From Scyliorhinus canicula (Eukaryota), in the NCBI RefSeq assembly GCF_902713615.1, contig NC_052159.1, positions 64,208,520 to 64,272,519 of the forward strand: a DNA stretch of 64,000 nucleotides, read 5' to 3'. Position 1 is the first letter of the stretch; the number at the start of each line of letters is the position of its first letter. Below, in pieces: positions 48,110 to 61,492 of the stretch. Under the pieces are notes generated by a model that was given only the letters and a program-made list of their open reading frames with translations, ran no database searches and was not told where the DNA came from. The position numbers and the translations under genes are program-made.

Positions 48110-51100
48110 AGGTCTTGTTGCACTTCCCCTTTTCCTAAACTGCCACCATTCAAATAATAATCTGCCTTCCTGTTTTTGCCACCAAAGTGGATAACCTCAC
48201 ATTTACCCACATTATGGGCGGGATTCTCTGATCCCCCACTGGGTCGGAGAATCGCTGGGGGGGGGGGGGGGCGTGAATCCCGTCCCCGCCGGCTGCCAAA
48301 TTCTCCAGCGCTGCAGATTTGGCATGGGCGGGAATCATGCCGTGCCAGTCGACGGCCGCTGGTAGTGCCACCTTCGGTGATTTTCTGGCCCGCGATGGGC
48401 CAAGTGGCCGCCTGTTTTCAGCCGGTCCCGCAGGCGTAAATTGGAGTAGGTACTTACTGACGGGACCTGGCTGCGCGGGCGGCCTCCGGGGTCCTCGGGG
48501 GTGGCGCGGGAGTGTCTGGCCCCGGGAGGTGTTCCCACGGTGGCCTGGCCCGCGATCGGGGCTTACCGATCATGTGTCATGTGGCCTGTGTCATGGTCAT
48601 GCCTCTCTGTGTCCTACCTTCTTCCTCTCCCTAATCAGCCCCACTACCAATTTCACGATTTTTAAAAGCACAAGTGAACCATGCCGTCAGGAACTCGGCC
48701 CATCGGAGGCGGAGAATCTCAGAGGCCCCGGAGAATACCGGGTCGGGCCCGCTAATTATATACAATTGCGTACGCCGCAATTTTGGAATTGGAAACCTAT
48801 TCTCCGCCCAATTGTGTTTTGCGATTTTGGAGTCAGCCAACGGAGTTCTCCGCCCATAGCCTCCCAAACGGAGAATTTTGCCCAGTATATTTAATTTTTT
48901 TAGTGAACAACAAAAAGTGGGCCTTTCCCAAGGAATTTTTCCCATTGGAATGTATCTATTCTGTGTATTCTGAAAAATCCCCTTAAGTGTCACTTCTATA
49001 TTGACTTATCCCTTAACCTAAATTGCCTGTTCATGAGCTCTGCTCTCATGTCCTCATAATTATCCTTATTTAAGTTTAAAATACTATTCTTAGGGTGGGA
49101 GGCAGCTCGCAGCGGTGGTATCTTCATTGCTGTCAATGTCTATGGCATTTTTGCATTGTTCGTGCCACCGGGAACCTGCCATGGTAGGTTCACCATCAGC
49201 AGGTCGGGAAGAACTCACCAGCGGGAAGGGCCAGAAAATTCAACCTTTAGACCCACTATTCCCTCGCTCAAACCGAATGTAAAATTCAACATATTATGAT
49301 CACTGTTACTTAGGGCACCTTCATTATGCAGCCATTAATTAATCCCATCTGATCACACATTACCAGACCTAATGTATCCCGTTTGGCTCCAGAAGGTGCT
49401 GATTTAAGAAATTATCCTGTAAGCATTCTATGAATTTATCATCTATGCGACCACTGCCCTTCTGATTATTCCAGTCTATATGTAGATTAAAACCCTTCAT
49501 AATAATTGACGTACCTTTCAGACAAATTGCTACTAAGTCTTCTTTGATACCCTATTCTACCATCATTCCCACAAATTACTTCTTGCCTTTCTCATTCTTC
49601 ATCTCTACCCAAATTGCTGGTTTCCTGAACTTAAGCCATCCCTCTCTAATCTTCAAATGTCAGTTTTAATTATCAGAACTAACCCTTCACTTTTTCTTTA
49701 CTTCCAATCCTTCCTAAAAATGACAGATCCATCAGTACTCAACCCCAAATCAATGCTATCCCGCAGCTATGTCTCTGTAATGGCTATTCAATCATAATAA
49801 TTCATTTCTGTCTGCGTGATCAGTTTATTTGTTTTGTTTCAAATGCATTAAGGTATAGAGCCTTAAGTCATGTCCTTTTATTACTTTTGTAATCTCTAGT
49901 CTTATCTGTTGATTTACTCTAAGATTTATACTCCCTGTTCCTCCCTGACGCAGTCTGTTTATCATTTTGCATATCAACACCTTCCTCAATTTCCTGACTA
50001 CATTTGATCACTTGCTTCCACTATTTATTTCAAGACCCTGTCTACTTCCCTTGTGATGCAGTTTGCAAGTACACCAGTCCCAGCATAGTTCAGGTGTAGA
50101 CCACCCCAACAGTACATCCCCTACTTTCCCTAGTACTGATGCTATTGGCCCACAAACCGGATCCCACTTCTCCCACACCATTCTTTGAGCCACGCAGTCA
50201 ACTCTCTAATTTTAAGCACCCTATGCCAATTTGCTGAGATATTAATCCAGAGATTATAAGATTCAAGATTCTGAATATTAATTTATTGCTTAGCTTCTCA
50301 TGCTCTCTATGCAGAACCTCTTTCCCTCGTTCTACCTATGCCATTGGCACCTACAGGGATGGTGAGAACTTGATCCTCCCACTTCCCACTGCAAGTTCCT
50401 CTTCAACCTGGAGCACATGTCCCGAACCCTGTAACTGGGCAGGCAACACAGCCACCAGGACTCTTACTCTTTGCTGCAGAGAACAGTGTTAATCCCCTCA
50501 CGATACTGTTTCCAACTACCACTTCATTTCTATTCGCTCCCCCCACTTGAATGTCTTCCTGCACCATCATGCCATGGTCCTTTTGCTCATTTATCTTGCA
50601 ATCCCCACTTTCATTCAAACAAGCAACTTTCCCCCTGCCTGATGTGAAGCTCAGTGTCCAGCTCAAGGACTCTGAACTGAAGGTCCTCGAGCCACAAGAA
50701 CTGCAGACGTGTTTACCTTGGATCACACTGGCATCCAGTTGCTCCCACATACTGCAGCCTTGAAACATCACCCAGCCTGCCAACAGTAATGTATTATAAT
50801 TAATTATTCAATTGTACTATTCACTTATTTATGTTCCTTTTTAATACAATTTATTAACGTCACCACCATTTTGTGTACTATTTTAAACTTAGGACTGGAA
50901 CAGACCTTATCGACTCACCAGATACTCACCAAACAGTTAGCTAGCTTCTTTCCCTGAAGTAGAATAAGAACCAATTCCTTACAGGGTAAGAAAAATAGAA
51001 GAGGTAAAAGAAAACAAACACCTTCTTATCACCCCCTTTAGCGAACACCGCTACTCACCAAACCTTCAGGTATGCATTCAGTTCCTCACCTGCACTCCAT

Positions 51101-51130
51101 TCTCCAAGGATGCTGCCTCATTCTGAGTAG
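48110..51130 (-). mobile_element. Decayed, internally deleted CR1 (ORF1 zinc finger/esterase, endonuclease region, ORF2 fragments)
   Basis: ORF 50403-50783(-) CSMWE...HVCSSC...VVVGNSIVRG; ORF2 piece LKGIFQNTQNRYIP; 48135-48215 matches CR1 4750-4815. Confidence 0.8.
48216..48883. mobile_element. Harbinger-type MITE
   Basis: TIRs gggcgggattctc / gagaattttgccc; TSD not preserved. Confidence 0.8.
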
Positions 51131-52459
51131 GAGGTAGGAAATGACACCTCAATACTTCATATAAAATTGACATTATACACACTAATGTAGGTGTTGGAAT
51201 AACTACTTACTGCAAACTGCAGGCCTTCACTAAAGATCTTGAAGTAAGAGTGTATATTGTGTCATACTAATGCTGCAAGCAAACCTAATTTCCTGTCCCC
51301 TGTTCAATCTGCCAGCTAGTCTTTTATGGATTGTCCATGCACTTGTTATCTGTCTGTCTGATTTGAAATGACAGCAAATCATTCCTTAGTAGACTTCCTA
51401 TAAAAAGATAACATTATTATTTATTGCATTTATATAACCATGATGCCATCATTGTAAAATTCCAGCAAGTGCACCAATGATTTAATCCATTCAATGCACC
51501 AAAAATGTTCTTTGTTTCGGATATCTATAATCGCTTATAGTATTGATCATACATCAGCAGCAAAATTAATACAATGTGATTGATGTATTCACAGAAAGAA
51601 CTTGCATTTATCTGCTCCCTTAAATGTAGAAATTAATTCTAAGATGCTTCACACAAGCGTAGGGAAAAATGGACACTGACCCAAAGAAGGATACATTCGA
51701 TGGCATGACTAAAAGCTTGGCCAAAGAGGTGGGTTTTAAAGAGAGGGTGACGACCAGTGAGAGAGTACATGTATATCTAAATTTGCATGTTACCCAAGCT
51801 ATAGGCCACAAGTTAAATGGACCCCGCTTGCACTCAGCTTTGAAAATGTACCTAACTGACTTCCAAATGGGAAGTGTTTCTAAGCTTGCACAATGAGTGG
51901 CCATCAGAGATCATCAGCACATTTTGATCGTTGTTGTTGAGGTACTTAGAGAAATGGTTCTGATCTATCCTTTTTCACAAAGGATTCTCAACAATGAAAG
52001 TTCAGATAGCTCGGCAATCTTGCAACAGACTATAATATTTAAGAAGCTACCTGTAAGCTGAAATTCAACCGAATAACTTAATGCAACAAAAGCTACGTTG
52101 GTCAACAAATAGTAATGATGGTAGAAACTGCTGCTAGGCTAAACTTCAAGGTTACCGGCAAGAGGGTATTTTTAAACACAGGAAGATCAGCAGTCAATAT
52201 AAATGCTGATATGAGAATAGGGAAATCTCCAGCAGGCTAGGCCACTATAGCCAATACATTTAACATTAACTCAGGTCTTCCAATAATATCCCGCATGTGA
52301 CCTATGGGGTGGGAATTATTATCTTCTCCGTGGTCCTCGCAGAGTATAAACTCCCCCGGTAGGGACGGGAGAATTCCGATTAATGTATAAAAGGTCGGCC
52401 AGTAAGGCCCCGAACAGAAAGAGACAAGGTAGGGATCGAACAGAAACGGTAGATACCTT

Positions 52460-53043
52460 GGGCGGGATTCATCCGTACCCGGCAGGGACCCGGCGGGATG
52501 GAGTGGCGTGAACCACTCCGGCGCCGGCCCATCCTAAAGGTGCAAAATCCTCCACACCTTCAGGGGCTAGGCCGGCGCCGGAGTGGTTTGCGCCCCGCCG
52601 GCTGGTGTGGAAGGCCTTTGGCGCCATGCCAGCCGGGGCCGAAGGGACTCCGCCGGCTGGCCCGGGTCTGCGCATGCGCGGGAGCGTTGGCCATCGCGGA
52701 GGCTGACACGGCTGACGCGTAGGAAAAGAATGCCCCCACAGCATAGGCCCGCCCGCGGATCGGTGGGCCCCAATCGAGGGACAGGCCTTCGTGGGGGCAC
52801 CCCCTGTGGCCAGATCGACACACGTCCCCCCCAGAACCCCGCAGCCCGCTCACGCCGCCGGGTCCAGCCGGTAAGGGACATAGTCTAATCTATGCTGGCG
52901 GGACTGGAAAAGAACCAGCGGGACTTCGGCCAACCGCGGGCCGGAGAATCGCCGGGGGGGGCAGCTGCCAGCGGGTGCCGGAGAATTCGGTGGCCGGTAG
53001 GGGCGGGAGTCACGCTGCCCCCCAGGTTCGTAGAATCTCGCCA
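52460..53043. mobile_element. Harbinger-type MITE (inverted relative to 25319), inside a probable LTR remnant
   Basis: TIRs gggcgggattc / gaatctcgcca; flanks ctt/ctg. Confidence 0.85.
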
Positions 53044-53696
53044 CTGGTTCTTTACTTAACTCTGTGTGGACGTCCCATGTTCTTATCCGATATCCAGATG
53101 GTCAGAAACTGGATGTACACTGAAAGATGCACTATTGGACCCTTTATAAATCCCAACAGGAGGACTCTGTGGGAATGTTCTGATAAGTTTGGACATCCGA
53201 AGGGTAATCGCCTACTCCCTGGGACCCTCCAAGGAAGGTTCCAATTCTGAGTTAGAATCAGAGATTTTGGACAGTTCTAACTTACTTACCTGGATAGGTA
53301 CCCAGGAAATGTTAGACATAAAAAAACCTCGGGCTGCATTTTATGGGTGGGTGGACCATTTGCACCCAGGAAGTGAAATTAGCCAGGAGCCAACTCGTCC
53401 TAAGCCAGGCCTCCCCACAGCCATAATATGCTGTGGGCTGGCAAAACTGCTGGAGAGTGGGACTTCCACCCCACACTCAGGAGGAAGTCCCACCCTTGGG
53501 AGCTGCTGGACAATCAGATTGGTCAGCAGCTCCATCACTCCTGGCAGTGCCAGAACTGAGTAGTGGACAGCTTAAGAGGAAGATAGCTCCCCCGAAAAGT
53601 TAAGTCCCAGGGTTTTAGGGCGGTGAGGGATCCCAGAGCTCAGGGAGTGGGGTGGAGGGTGCTCAGGGTGGCATGTTCTGTCAGCACACACAAGAA

Positions 53697-54229
53697 AACT
53701 GTGTGTGGAGTCTGCACATCCTCCCCGTGTGTGCGTGGGTTTCCTCCGCGTGCTCCGGTTTCCTCCCACAGTCCAAAGATGTGCAGGTTAGGTGGATTGG
53801 ACATGATAAATTGCCCTTAGTGTTGGGTGGGGTTTCTGGGTTATGGGGATAGGGTGGAGGTGTTAGCCTTGGGTAGGGTGCTCTTTCCAGGAGTCGGTGC
53901 AGACTTGATGGGCCATCATACAATGCAGAAGAAGGCCATTCGGCTCATCGAGTCTGCACCGATCCACTTAAGCCCTCACTTCCACCTTATCCCCGTAATT
54001 CAATAACCCCTCCTAACATTTTTGGTCACTAAGGGCAATTTAGCATGACCAATCCACCTAACCTGCACGTTTTTGAACTGTGGGAGGAAACCGGAGCACC
54101 CGGAGGAAACCCATGCAGACACAGAGAGAACATTCAGACTCCGCACAGACAGTGACCCAGCAGGGAATTGAACCTGGGACCCTGGTGCTGTGAAGACACA
54201 GTGCTATCCACTTGTGCTACCGTGCTCCC
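53697..54229. mobile_element. Tail-to-tail V-SINE pair
   Basis: Plus copy 53697-53915; minus copy 53918-54229. Confidence 0.85.
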
Positions 54230-54239
54230 CTAATCTTCT

Positions 54240-57200
54240 ATAACATAACATAGCAAAACAACAACTCCTACCCTCCTGCTGTCCAGACCTTGACTGGGAT
54301 TTTTAAAGATCAGCCCTCCAGCTAGAGCCGCACTTGCTCTGATTCCACTGACCCGGGGCTCACGTGGCCTCCGGGATTTGCTGAAACCTCGCGCGACCAA
54401 GTCATGTGGCCTCTAAAGTTCATTGCGGTATCCTTCCTCCTTCAGGTTCCTTCGTAGCTGAAAATCCCGATCTCAGTATCCCAGTCTATCAGGGGATGTC
54501 CATTTACATTGTGAGTGACCAAGTATCATTGGTTGGGGCCTTTCCTTGGGAGTTGTCTCACTCGGGCCAACCTCTCCGCTCCTGATACAGGTAGCACCTT
54601 AGCTACTGCTTCTCCTATATTGGCGACAACATGTCCTGGACTGACAATGGCCTGTTTGGTCCCCTCAATATCTTGATCAGTAGTAACGGTGGGTATATCT
54701 GGGGTTGGTGAAGCTACCGACTCTTGTGGAGGTTCTTTTTTCTCAAATGGTTTAAATGTTTTCTCAGGATCTTATCCTGTATTCTTACCTCGCATGACAT
54801 TGGCCCTGTTTTAGCCACAATGATCGCTGAGACACAGCGAGGAACATTTCCAATGTTTCTTACAAAAACTGGGTTGTTCACTTCAAATGTTCTCCCCACT
54901 TTTGATGAGTATGATTTCTTTTTTGAAAATCTTGCTTAGAATCCACCCTTCCCGCTAAATTTGGGAATATGAGGCTCAGTCTGGTCCACAATTGACACCC
55001 CATTAGCAGTTCCCCTGGGGCAGTGCTTGTGTTGAGTGCGGGGTTGTTTTATATGATAGCACAAATCGCAAAATCTTGGTATCTCTGGAGGCTGGCAACT
55101 GTTTCTTCATCCCAGACTTGAAAGTTTGTCCAGCGCCGGCATCTCCACATTACATCAATGTGGCTCAACGTTAACATATTTCTCTGAGGTGATTGGTACT
55201 CCTTCATACTGTGGACCGATGCTGGCTTCTGTACTCTACCTGGACTAGGCAGGCTTTACTTATTCTTACATCTATGCCTTAAGTGATCTCTGCTACTCGC
55301 TGAAACACTTGGAATTCCGGAACCTACACCTTTCTGGGCCGTGACTGAAACATACCCGAATCTGAAACACTCATTGAAATTCGTAGTCTTATCAAAATTG
55401 CTGGCATTACCCCAGTTTCCCCCATCAGTCATACTTCCCCGTTCTAACAGGTAGCCTCCACCATGGTGCAGGCTCCTCTCCCCAACTGTTGGTCCTCACC
55501 CTCAGCCATGCTTTTCAATTCTTCAGCACCTTCCTTGTCGTTCTCCATAGACAAGGCAATTTCTATTGCCCTTTTTAAGTCTAGCTCTGATAATTTCTTT
55601 TGGATAACCACATAATTTATCCCACACATCAGTCTATCCTTTAACCTATTGTTCAGCGATGTTCCAAAGTCGGAACATTCTGCCGGTTTCTGGCCATGAA
55701 GACCGCAACTCCTGGGGCCCTTCCCATTGAATTAAATTTGAACTCCTGAAAGGTGCTGGAGGGTTTTGAATGATAATGATTTCTAACCACGGGTTTGGTA
55801 AATGAAATCAGGGGACGAGCGTAAGTCAAACTTCTTATTATAATATATACCTGGTTGCTGCAAGATATGAGTAAAATAGTTCCCTATTTCTCTTCCCCAT
55901 CTATATTTTTTGCTCTGGAAGAATTAACACATACGTTCTACGTATTGCACCCAATCTTCTTTATCTGCATCAAAAGATTCAAGTGGACCAAAAAAAAATG
56001 GCATGATGGTACTTCTGTTGTAGAGTGTTGAAACTGCTTTGAATCAGACTGAAAAGGTTTTATTCTCTTGCTCTTGCAATTGGAGCGCCAATTTACTTTC
56101 TACTCATCACCAGTGTAATAACAAAAACTTCAGGTGGTCACCAGTGGATGAAAACAACTATTTATTTACTGGCATGACTATTCATTCTACTGACAAAACA
56201 TAGCAAAACAACAACTCTTACCTCCTGCCATCCAGACATTGATGACAGGTTGTAAAGGTCCACTCTGCAGCTAGATCTGTGCGCGCTCTGATTCCATTGG
56301 TGGGAGTCACATAGTCTCCGAGATTTGCTGAAAGCTTTGTTGCTCGTTTTACTGGAGTGTATTAACACGCCTCCGTTTAAAGGCCGTGTGCTTAACACTA
56401 CTATGGCTCTGTGTATGTAATTATGCTCAGGAGTCGCCAGGTGCCGTATTTAGACACCGTCACAAGTATGTCAAGGTCAGGTTCAAAGTAATAAATCTGT
56501 ACACCGATTAGTAAGTCCAAACGATTGATATTTATTATGACAAATATAATAAATACACATGCATACGCTAAAGAGACTAACTTACTTCTAATACTAAACA
56601 ACTAAAATACTTATCTAGACAGGAACAGGCAAGGTCAGGGAGCAAGGCCTTCGTCCCGTTCTTGGTCTGCAACTCTCAGGTACTTAAAGTTGTCAGGATC
56701 TAGCAAGATCTGGATCACGTAGCGATCGTTGTATTGGCACTTACAGTTCGATGGCTGATGCTCAATGGCTGGTGTTGGAACTGGAGTCAGGATGCGATGT
56801 AGCAGCAAAGCAGAGCTGGAGCAACAAAACAGACCGAACCATGTGCGGGGTCTATTCTTATAGGTCCCAGAAGTCCGTGCCCCCTTGGGGCGGTCCTTTT
56901 ACCTGCCATGTATCGATTGGGCCTTTCCCAATCGATATCTCCTAAACCCCCCAATCTGAGGGTCGTTCCTCGATGGGTGGGCTGTCCCTATGGTTCTTTG
57001 TGTTGGATACTGTGGTGCCGTTCTGTCTGGATGTCTACTCAAAAGTATCCATTGATACTTAAATGTTTCTATTGTGCGGGGTCTGGATCTGGATCACCTC
57101 ATTTATATGTAGATCTGTTGCCATTTACACCTTTGGCTGAAACTCTGCACCTGGCCAAAAACTGGTTTCTGTGCGTGCAGAATGCTAATTAGTCTTCTGC

Positions 57201-57332
57201 AAACTGCTTGTCCTTGCTAAGACTGTTTTTCCCTGCAGCCTTAGCAGTTCTCCATTTTGTAGTCCAGTGTCCATCTTAGATGGCTACAGCTTGGACTGGG
57301 AAGTCACGTCATCTCCGAAGTTTACCGCAACA
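54240..57332 (-). mobile_element. Old, internally deleted Gypsy element with diverged LTRs
   Basis: Gag MCGINYVVIQKKLSELDLKRAIEIALSME; integrase tail FEVNNPVFVRN...KTGPMSCEV...RKHLNHLR; PBS-like tggtgatgag next to 56114; LTR block catagcaaaacaacaactc at about 54250 and 56200. Confidence 0.8.
56338..57288 (-). mobile_element. Solo LTR (951 bp) inserted in a Gypsy LTR
   Basis: tgttgc...gctaca ends; 4-bp TSD GCTT; TATAA and AATAAA on the minus strand. Confidence 0.88.
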
Positions 57333-57419
57333 TCTCCCCGCCGGAAAGATGTCTGGGATGGGCACGTAATATCCAGCCTCTAGTCTAAATTCTGGGTGAC
57401 TATGCAACTGGCCCTCAAT

Positions 57420-58255
57420 CACTCACATTGATCCTTCTGAATCCCCTCTCAACCTGCCGACTACCCCAGACCCAGCAAATACCTCCTAAAGTGACTTGAT
57501 TACACCCCAACATCCAACTCACCCCCAACGTGATATGACTATCCTTCAACCTGACTGACTCATACACATTACCCGACTTGCCCCCACACCCCAAGTTGAC
57601 CAGCCCCTGACCCAATGTGAGTCTCCCCACCTTTCAATTATCTCCCCAACCCAACCTGACTAGGCCCTGACCCAACCTGATCTAACCTCACCACTTGATT
57701 CCCTACTGACCATCTAATCTGACCTGACTAACCCCCGTCCTAACTAGTCACCACCACCCGGCTCCCTCCCCAATCTGACCAGTCCCCAACCTGACAACAT
57801 TCATGACCCAGCCCGACCCCCAAAATCACTTCCCCACTTACGCACCTGTCACCTTCCCATCTGCCACCAAAAACCTGCCACCATACCGACTCACCCACCT
57901 GCCACCCTAACCAACTTCCATCCTACCCAACTTTCACCCTGCCATCCTACCCAACTGTCACCCTCCTCACCTACCACCCCTACCAGCTGCTACCCTGCCG
58001 CCCTACCCACCTGCCATCCTATCCTATTACTCACTTACCTTCCCCACCGTAGTCCCTCACCCACTTACCTTACCCACCCTTATCTTTCTACCTTACCCAC
58101 CCTAACCTCTTACCCATTAACTTTAGCCACCCTATCTCCTTACTCACCCTAATCCGTCACCCTCCTTACCCATTTACCATATCCGCCCTACTCCCACACC
58201 GACTCTACCCTCTTATCCACTTACCTGCCCTACCCCCTTATGCATCTACCTTCAC
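57420..58255. repeat. C-rich degenerate short repeats (cctacccac / cctgac)
   Basis: About 830 bp with strong C/G strand skew. Confidence 0.8.
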
Positions 58256-58567
58256 ACTGTAACTTTTCAAAAAATGTTCTGAAAGTTATACTCTTTAACT
58301 GCAGAATACAGCAGCTGGTGCCTTAAAAAGGGCGTGTAGTTTCTGTGCGGAATCTTTCTGCTGCGTCCTCTGGATTTTCCTGGGCTGGCTAAGTTCTGTA
58401 GGATCGTCCATTGAAAGATTGCCCTGTAAAATTGGAGATCGGTAAATGTGTATTTTTCTGTCTGATCAGAGGTTCCAACCCTAAATGGAAAATTCAGATC
58501 AATGTGTTTACCTTTCTGTTTATATTTCAATCCAAAGAGAATCTAGCTGAACCATCCTGTACAGCAC

Positions 58568-59390
58568 AGCAGCACGGTAGCATAGTGGTTAGCACAATTG
58601 CTTCACAGCTCCAGGGTCCCAGGTTCGATTCCCGGCTGGGTCACTGTCTGTGCGGCGTCTGCACGCTCTCCCCGTGTTTGCGTGGGTTTCCTCCGGGTGC
58701 TCCGGGGTTTCCTCCCACAGTCCAAACATGTGCGGGTTAGGTGGATTGGCCATGCTAAATTGTCCTTAGTGTCCGAAAAAGGTTAAGTGGGGGTTGCTGG
58801 GTTACGGGGATAGGGTAGATACGTGGGCTTGAGTAAGGTGTGTGGTGATGTGCATCACTGTAGATACACAAGAGGTTAATGTAAGTACACGTAGATTAGA
58901 TAGACACTAGAGGGAGCACCAGAGACATGACACACTCAACCAATAGGTCAGCAAGATAGGACACGACCAATGGGCATTCACGATACACACAGAAGCGACA
59001 CTACCACAGGAGGGCATTATACCAACCCATATATAAAGGACACAGCACACATGATCCTCCTCTTTCCAGTGGAGACACTCAGTGAGTATAGACACAGGGT
59101 TGATTCAATGTCACACCCACCACGTAGATTGTAGCAGACTGGCTCGTCAGTCTGAGTAGCTATAGAAGGATTAACAGTAGTGGCGAATCCGAATAGGAGA
59201 ATTGTAAATAGTTTAATAAACGTGTTGAAGTTATCTCCACGTCTGAACCTTCCTTTGTCAGAGTGCACATCAAGGAAGCAGCTTATGCTACGCCAAGAGC
59301 ATAACAAGACAAGGTGATCTTTGTAAGGGCCGGTGGAGACCCGATGGGCTGAATGGCCTCCTTCTGCACTGTAAGTTCTATGATTCTATG
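58568..59390 (+). mobile_element. V-SINE split by a solo LTR
   Basis: Head and V domain 58568-58840; tail resumes at 59312 and ends ttctatgattctatg. Confidence 0.9.
58841..59311 (+). mobile_element. Solo LTR (471 bp)
   Basis: TG...CA; perfect 5-bp TSD AGGTG; TATATAA at about 59030 and AATAAA at about 59215. Confidence 0.93.
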
Positions 59391-59860
59391 AAAATAAGAC
59401 TAGCAACAAAATTAGATAAGGATTATAGGAAAAGAGAGCAGGCAGGTGCACCGGAAGTTTTTCTAAGCTTGCACAATGACTTTGATAAGTGGCCATCATA
59501 GAACATCAGCACATTTTCGGTCTTTGTTCTGCAGGTTGATAGAGAAATGCTTCTGATCTAACCTTTCCTGAAGCTAATGACTCAAGACTGAAGTAAAACA
59601 ACTTGATTCACATTGATCAAGAAGTAAAGAAATAGAAATGCCGAACATGTGAAAAAGAGAGCTGGAGGTGAACAGCATTGGTAATGAGAAGGAAAATTGT
59701 AAATCTGTGCTGTTATTTATGTGTTACATTCCATGCTCTGGATTAGTCCTGTTGTAAATATAAGGTAAAGGAGGCAGATTGCAGAGCACAAACAGGACCA
59801 AAATATTAGAGAATCCCTTCTACTTGAACTGAAGGGAACAATGAGAATTGAAGTGATGCT

Positions 59861-61492
59861 TGTAATGGTGTTCCTGTTTATTCCTTTTGTTCCCATTTCT
59901 TTGATGTTGTTTTATTATTTTGGTCAATGGTCTGTGTCTTTAAGCAGATGACTCAAGTTGAAGCAGCCACACTGTGTTCTCAGATTTTGATTTTGGAGAG
60001 GAGAAGCCAGACTCCTCGGCACCAAGTGGAACTTCGGAACCAGTTGGAGGAATCGGAATGATTGTTTGGCTGGCGGCCGGTAGGTTGACCAGGAATAGTG
60101 ATGTTTCGAGCATTGGTCAGTGATTGGTTCCATAGAACATAGAACATAGAACGATACAGCGCAGTACAGGCCCTTCGGCCCACGATGTTGCACCGACATG
60201 GGAAGTCAAAAGCTAAAGGTCATCTAACCTACACTATGCCATTATCATCCATGTGCTTATCCAATAAACTTTTAAATGCCCTCAATGTTGGCGAGTTCAC
60301 TACTGTTGCAGGTAGGGCATTATACGGCCTCACCACTCTTTGCATAAAAAACCTACCTCTGACCTCTGTCCTATATCTATTACCCCTCAATTTAAGGCTA
60401 TGGCCCCTCGTGCTAGCCACCTCCATCCGCGGGAGAAGGCTCTCACTGTCCACCCTATCTAACCCTCTGATCATTTTGTATGCCTCTATTAAGTCACCTC
60501 TTAACCTTCTTCTCTCCAACGAAAACAACCTCAAGTCCATCAGCCTTTCCTCATAAGATTTTCCCTCCATACCAGGCAACATCCTGGTAAATCTCCTCTG
60601 CACCCGTTCCAAAGCTTCCACGTCCTTCCTATAATAAGGCGACCAGAACTGTACGCAATACTCCAAATGCGGCCGTACCAGAGTTTTGTACTGCTGCAAC
60701 ATGACCTCATGGCTCCGGAATTCAATCCGTCTACCAATAAAGGCCAACACACCATAGGCCTTCTTCACAACCCTATCAACCTGGGTGGCAACTTTCAGGG
60801 ATCTATGTACATGGACACCGAGATCCCTCTGCTCATCCACTGTCAAGAATTTTACCATTAGCCAATTAGGTTCCTGCATGGTGCTTTCTGAAATAACTGG
60901 GCAGAAGCTTTTAGACTTTGGAAGTGAAAGGTACAGTTTCTCTCTCTCTGTCTCCTGCTTGCTGAAGTGAAAGAACTGCTTTATTGTTTTCAAAGAAGTG
61001 AGTGCCTGGCACATACTTTGCTGTGAACCTGAGTCTGCAGAGAAGATAGACAACCTTGTCAGAGAAAACAACCTCAAGCCTGGAAGGAAGAAGTATCAAA
61101 ACAAAAACTGAACTTCAAATGATACTAACTAGATGTCATCACAGTGCATCAAAAATCCTTTTCCTTTTATTTCATATTTTCTTTCCCTTTTCAACACCCT
61201 TTTCCTTCTGTGTTGTTTGTGTGTGTGTGTAGAGAGAGAGAGTGGGGGTGGTTAGGAAGAGGGGGTTGGCAAAAGGGTATTAGATATTCAGTTACATTTT
61301 CTGTCCATTTAATTACAATATTGTACATAATAAAAAGTTAATTGTGTTAAAGTTACAAACCTGCTGACTGCAGTTTATTGGGATCAACCCAGGACCTCGG
61401 GTGTTTTAAATAAAATCTAATATCATCTGTGTTGCGACTCTGGCTCAAATGGTGCTGGAATTGACCACGCACTCGCCCTGGGTGTCGTGACA
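59861..61492 (+). mobile_element. Solo LTR split by a CR1
   Basis: tgtaa...tgaca ends; 4-bp TSD TGCT; AATAAA at about 61329. Confidence 0.8.
60131..60858 (-). mobile_element. Young 5'-truncated CR1 with (TTCTATG)n tail
   Basis: RDLGVHVH...YKTLVRPHLEYCVQFWSP...FKSLLDKHM in ORF 60229-61077(-). Confidence 0.95.

Noticed and set aside
60859-61077. Novel N-terminus on the 282-aa CR1 ORF
   Set aside because: Chance open frame in the host LTR beyond the CR1 truncation point.
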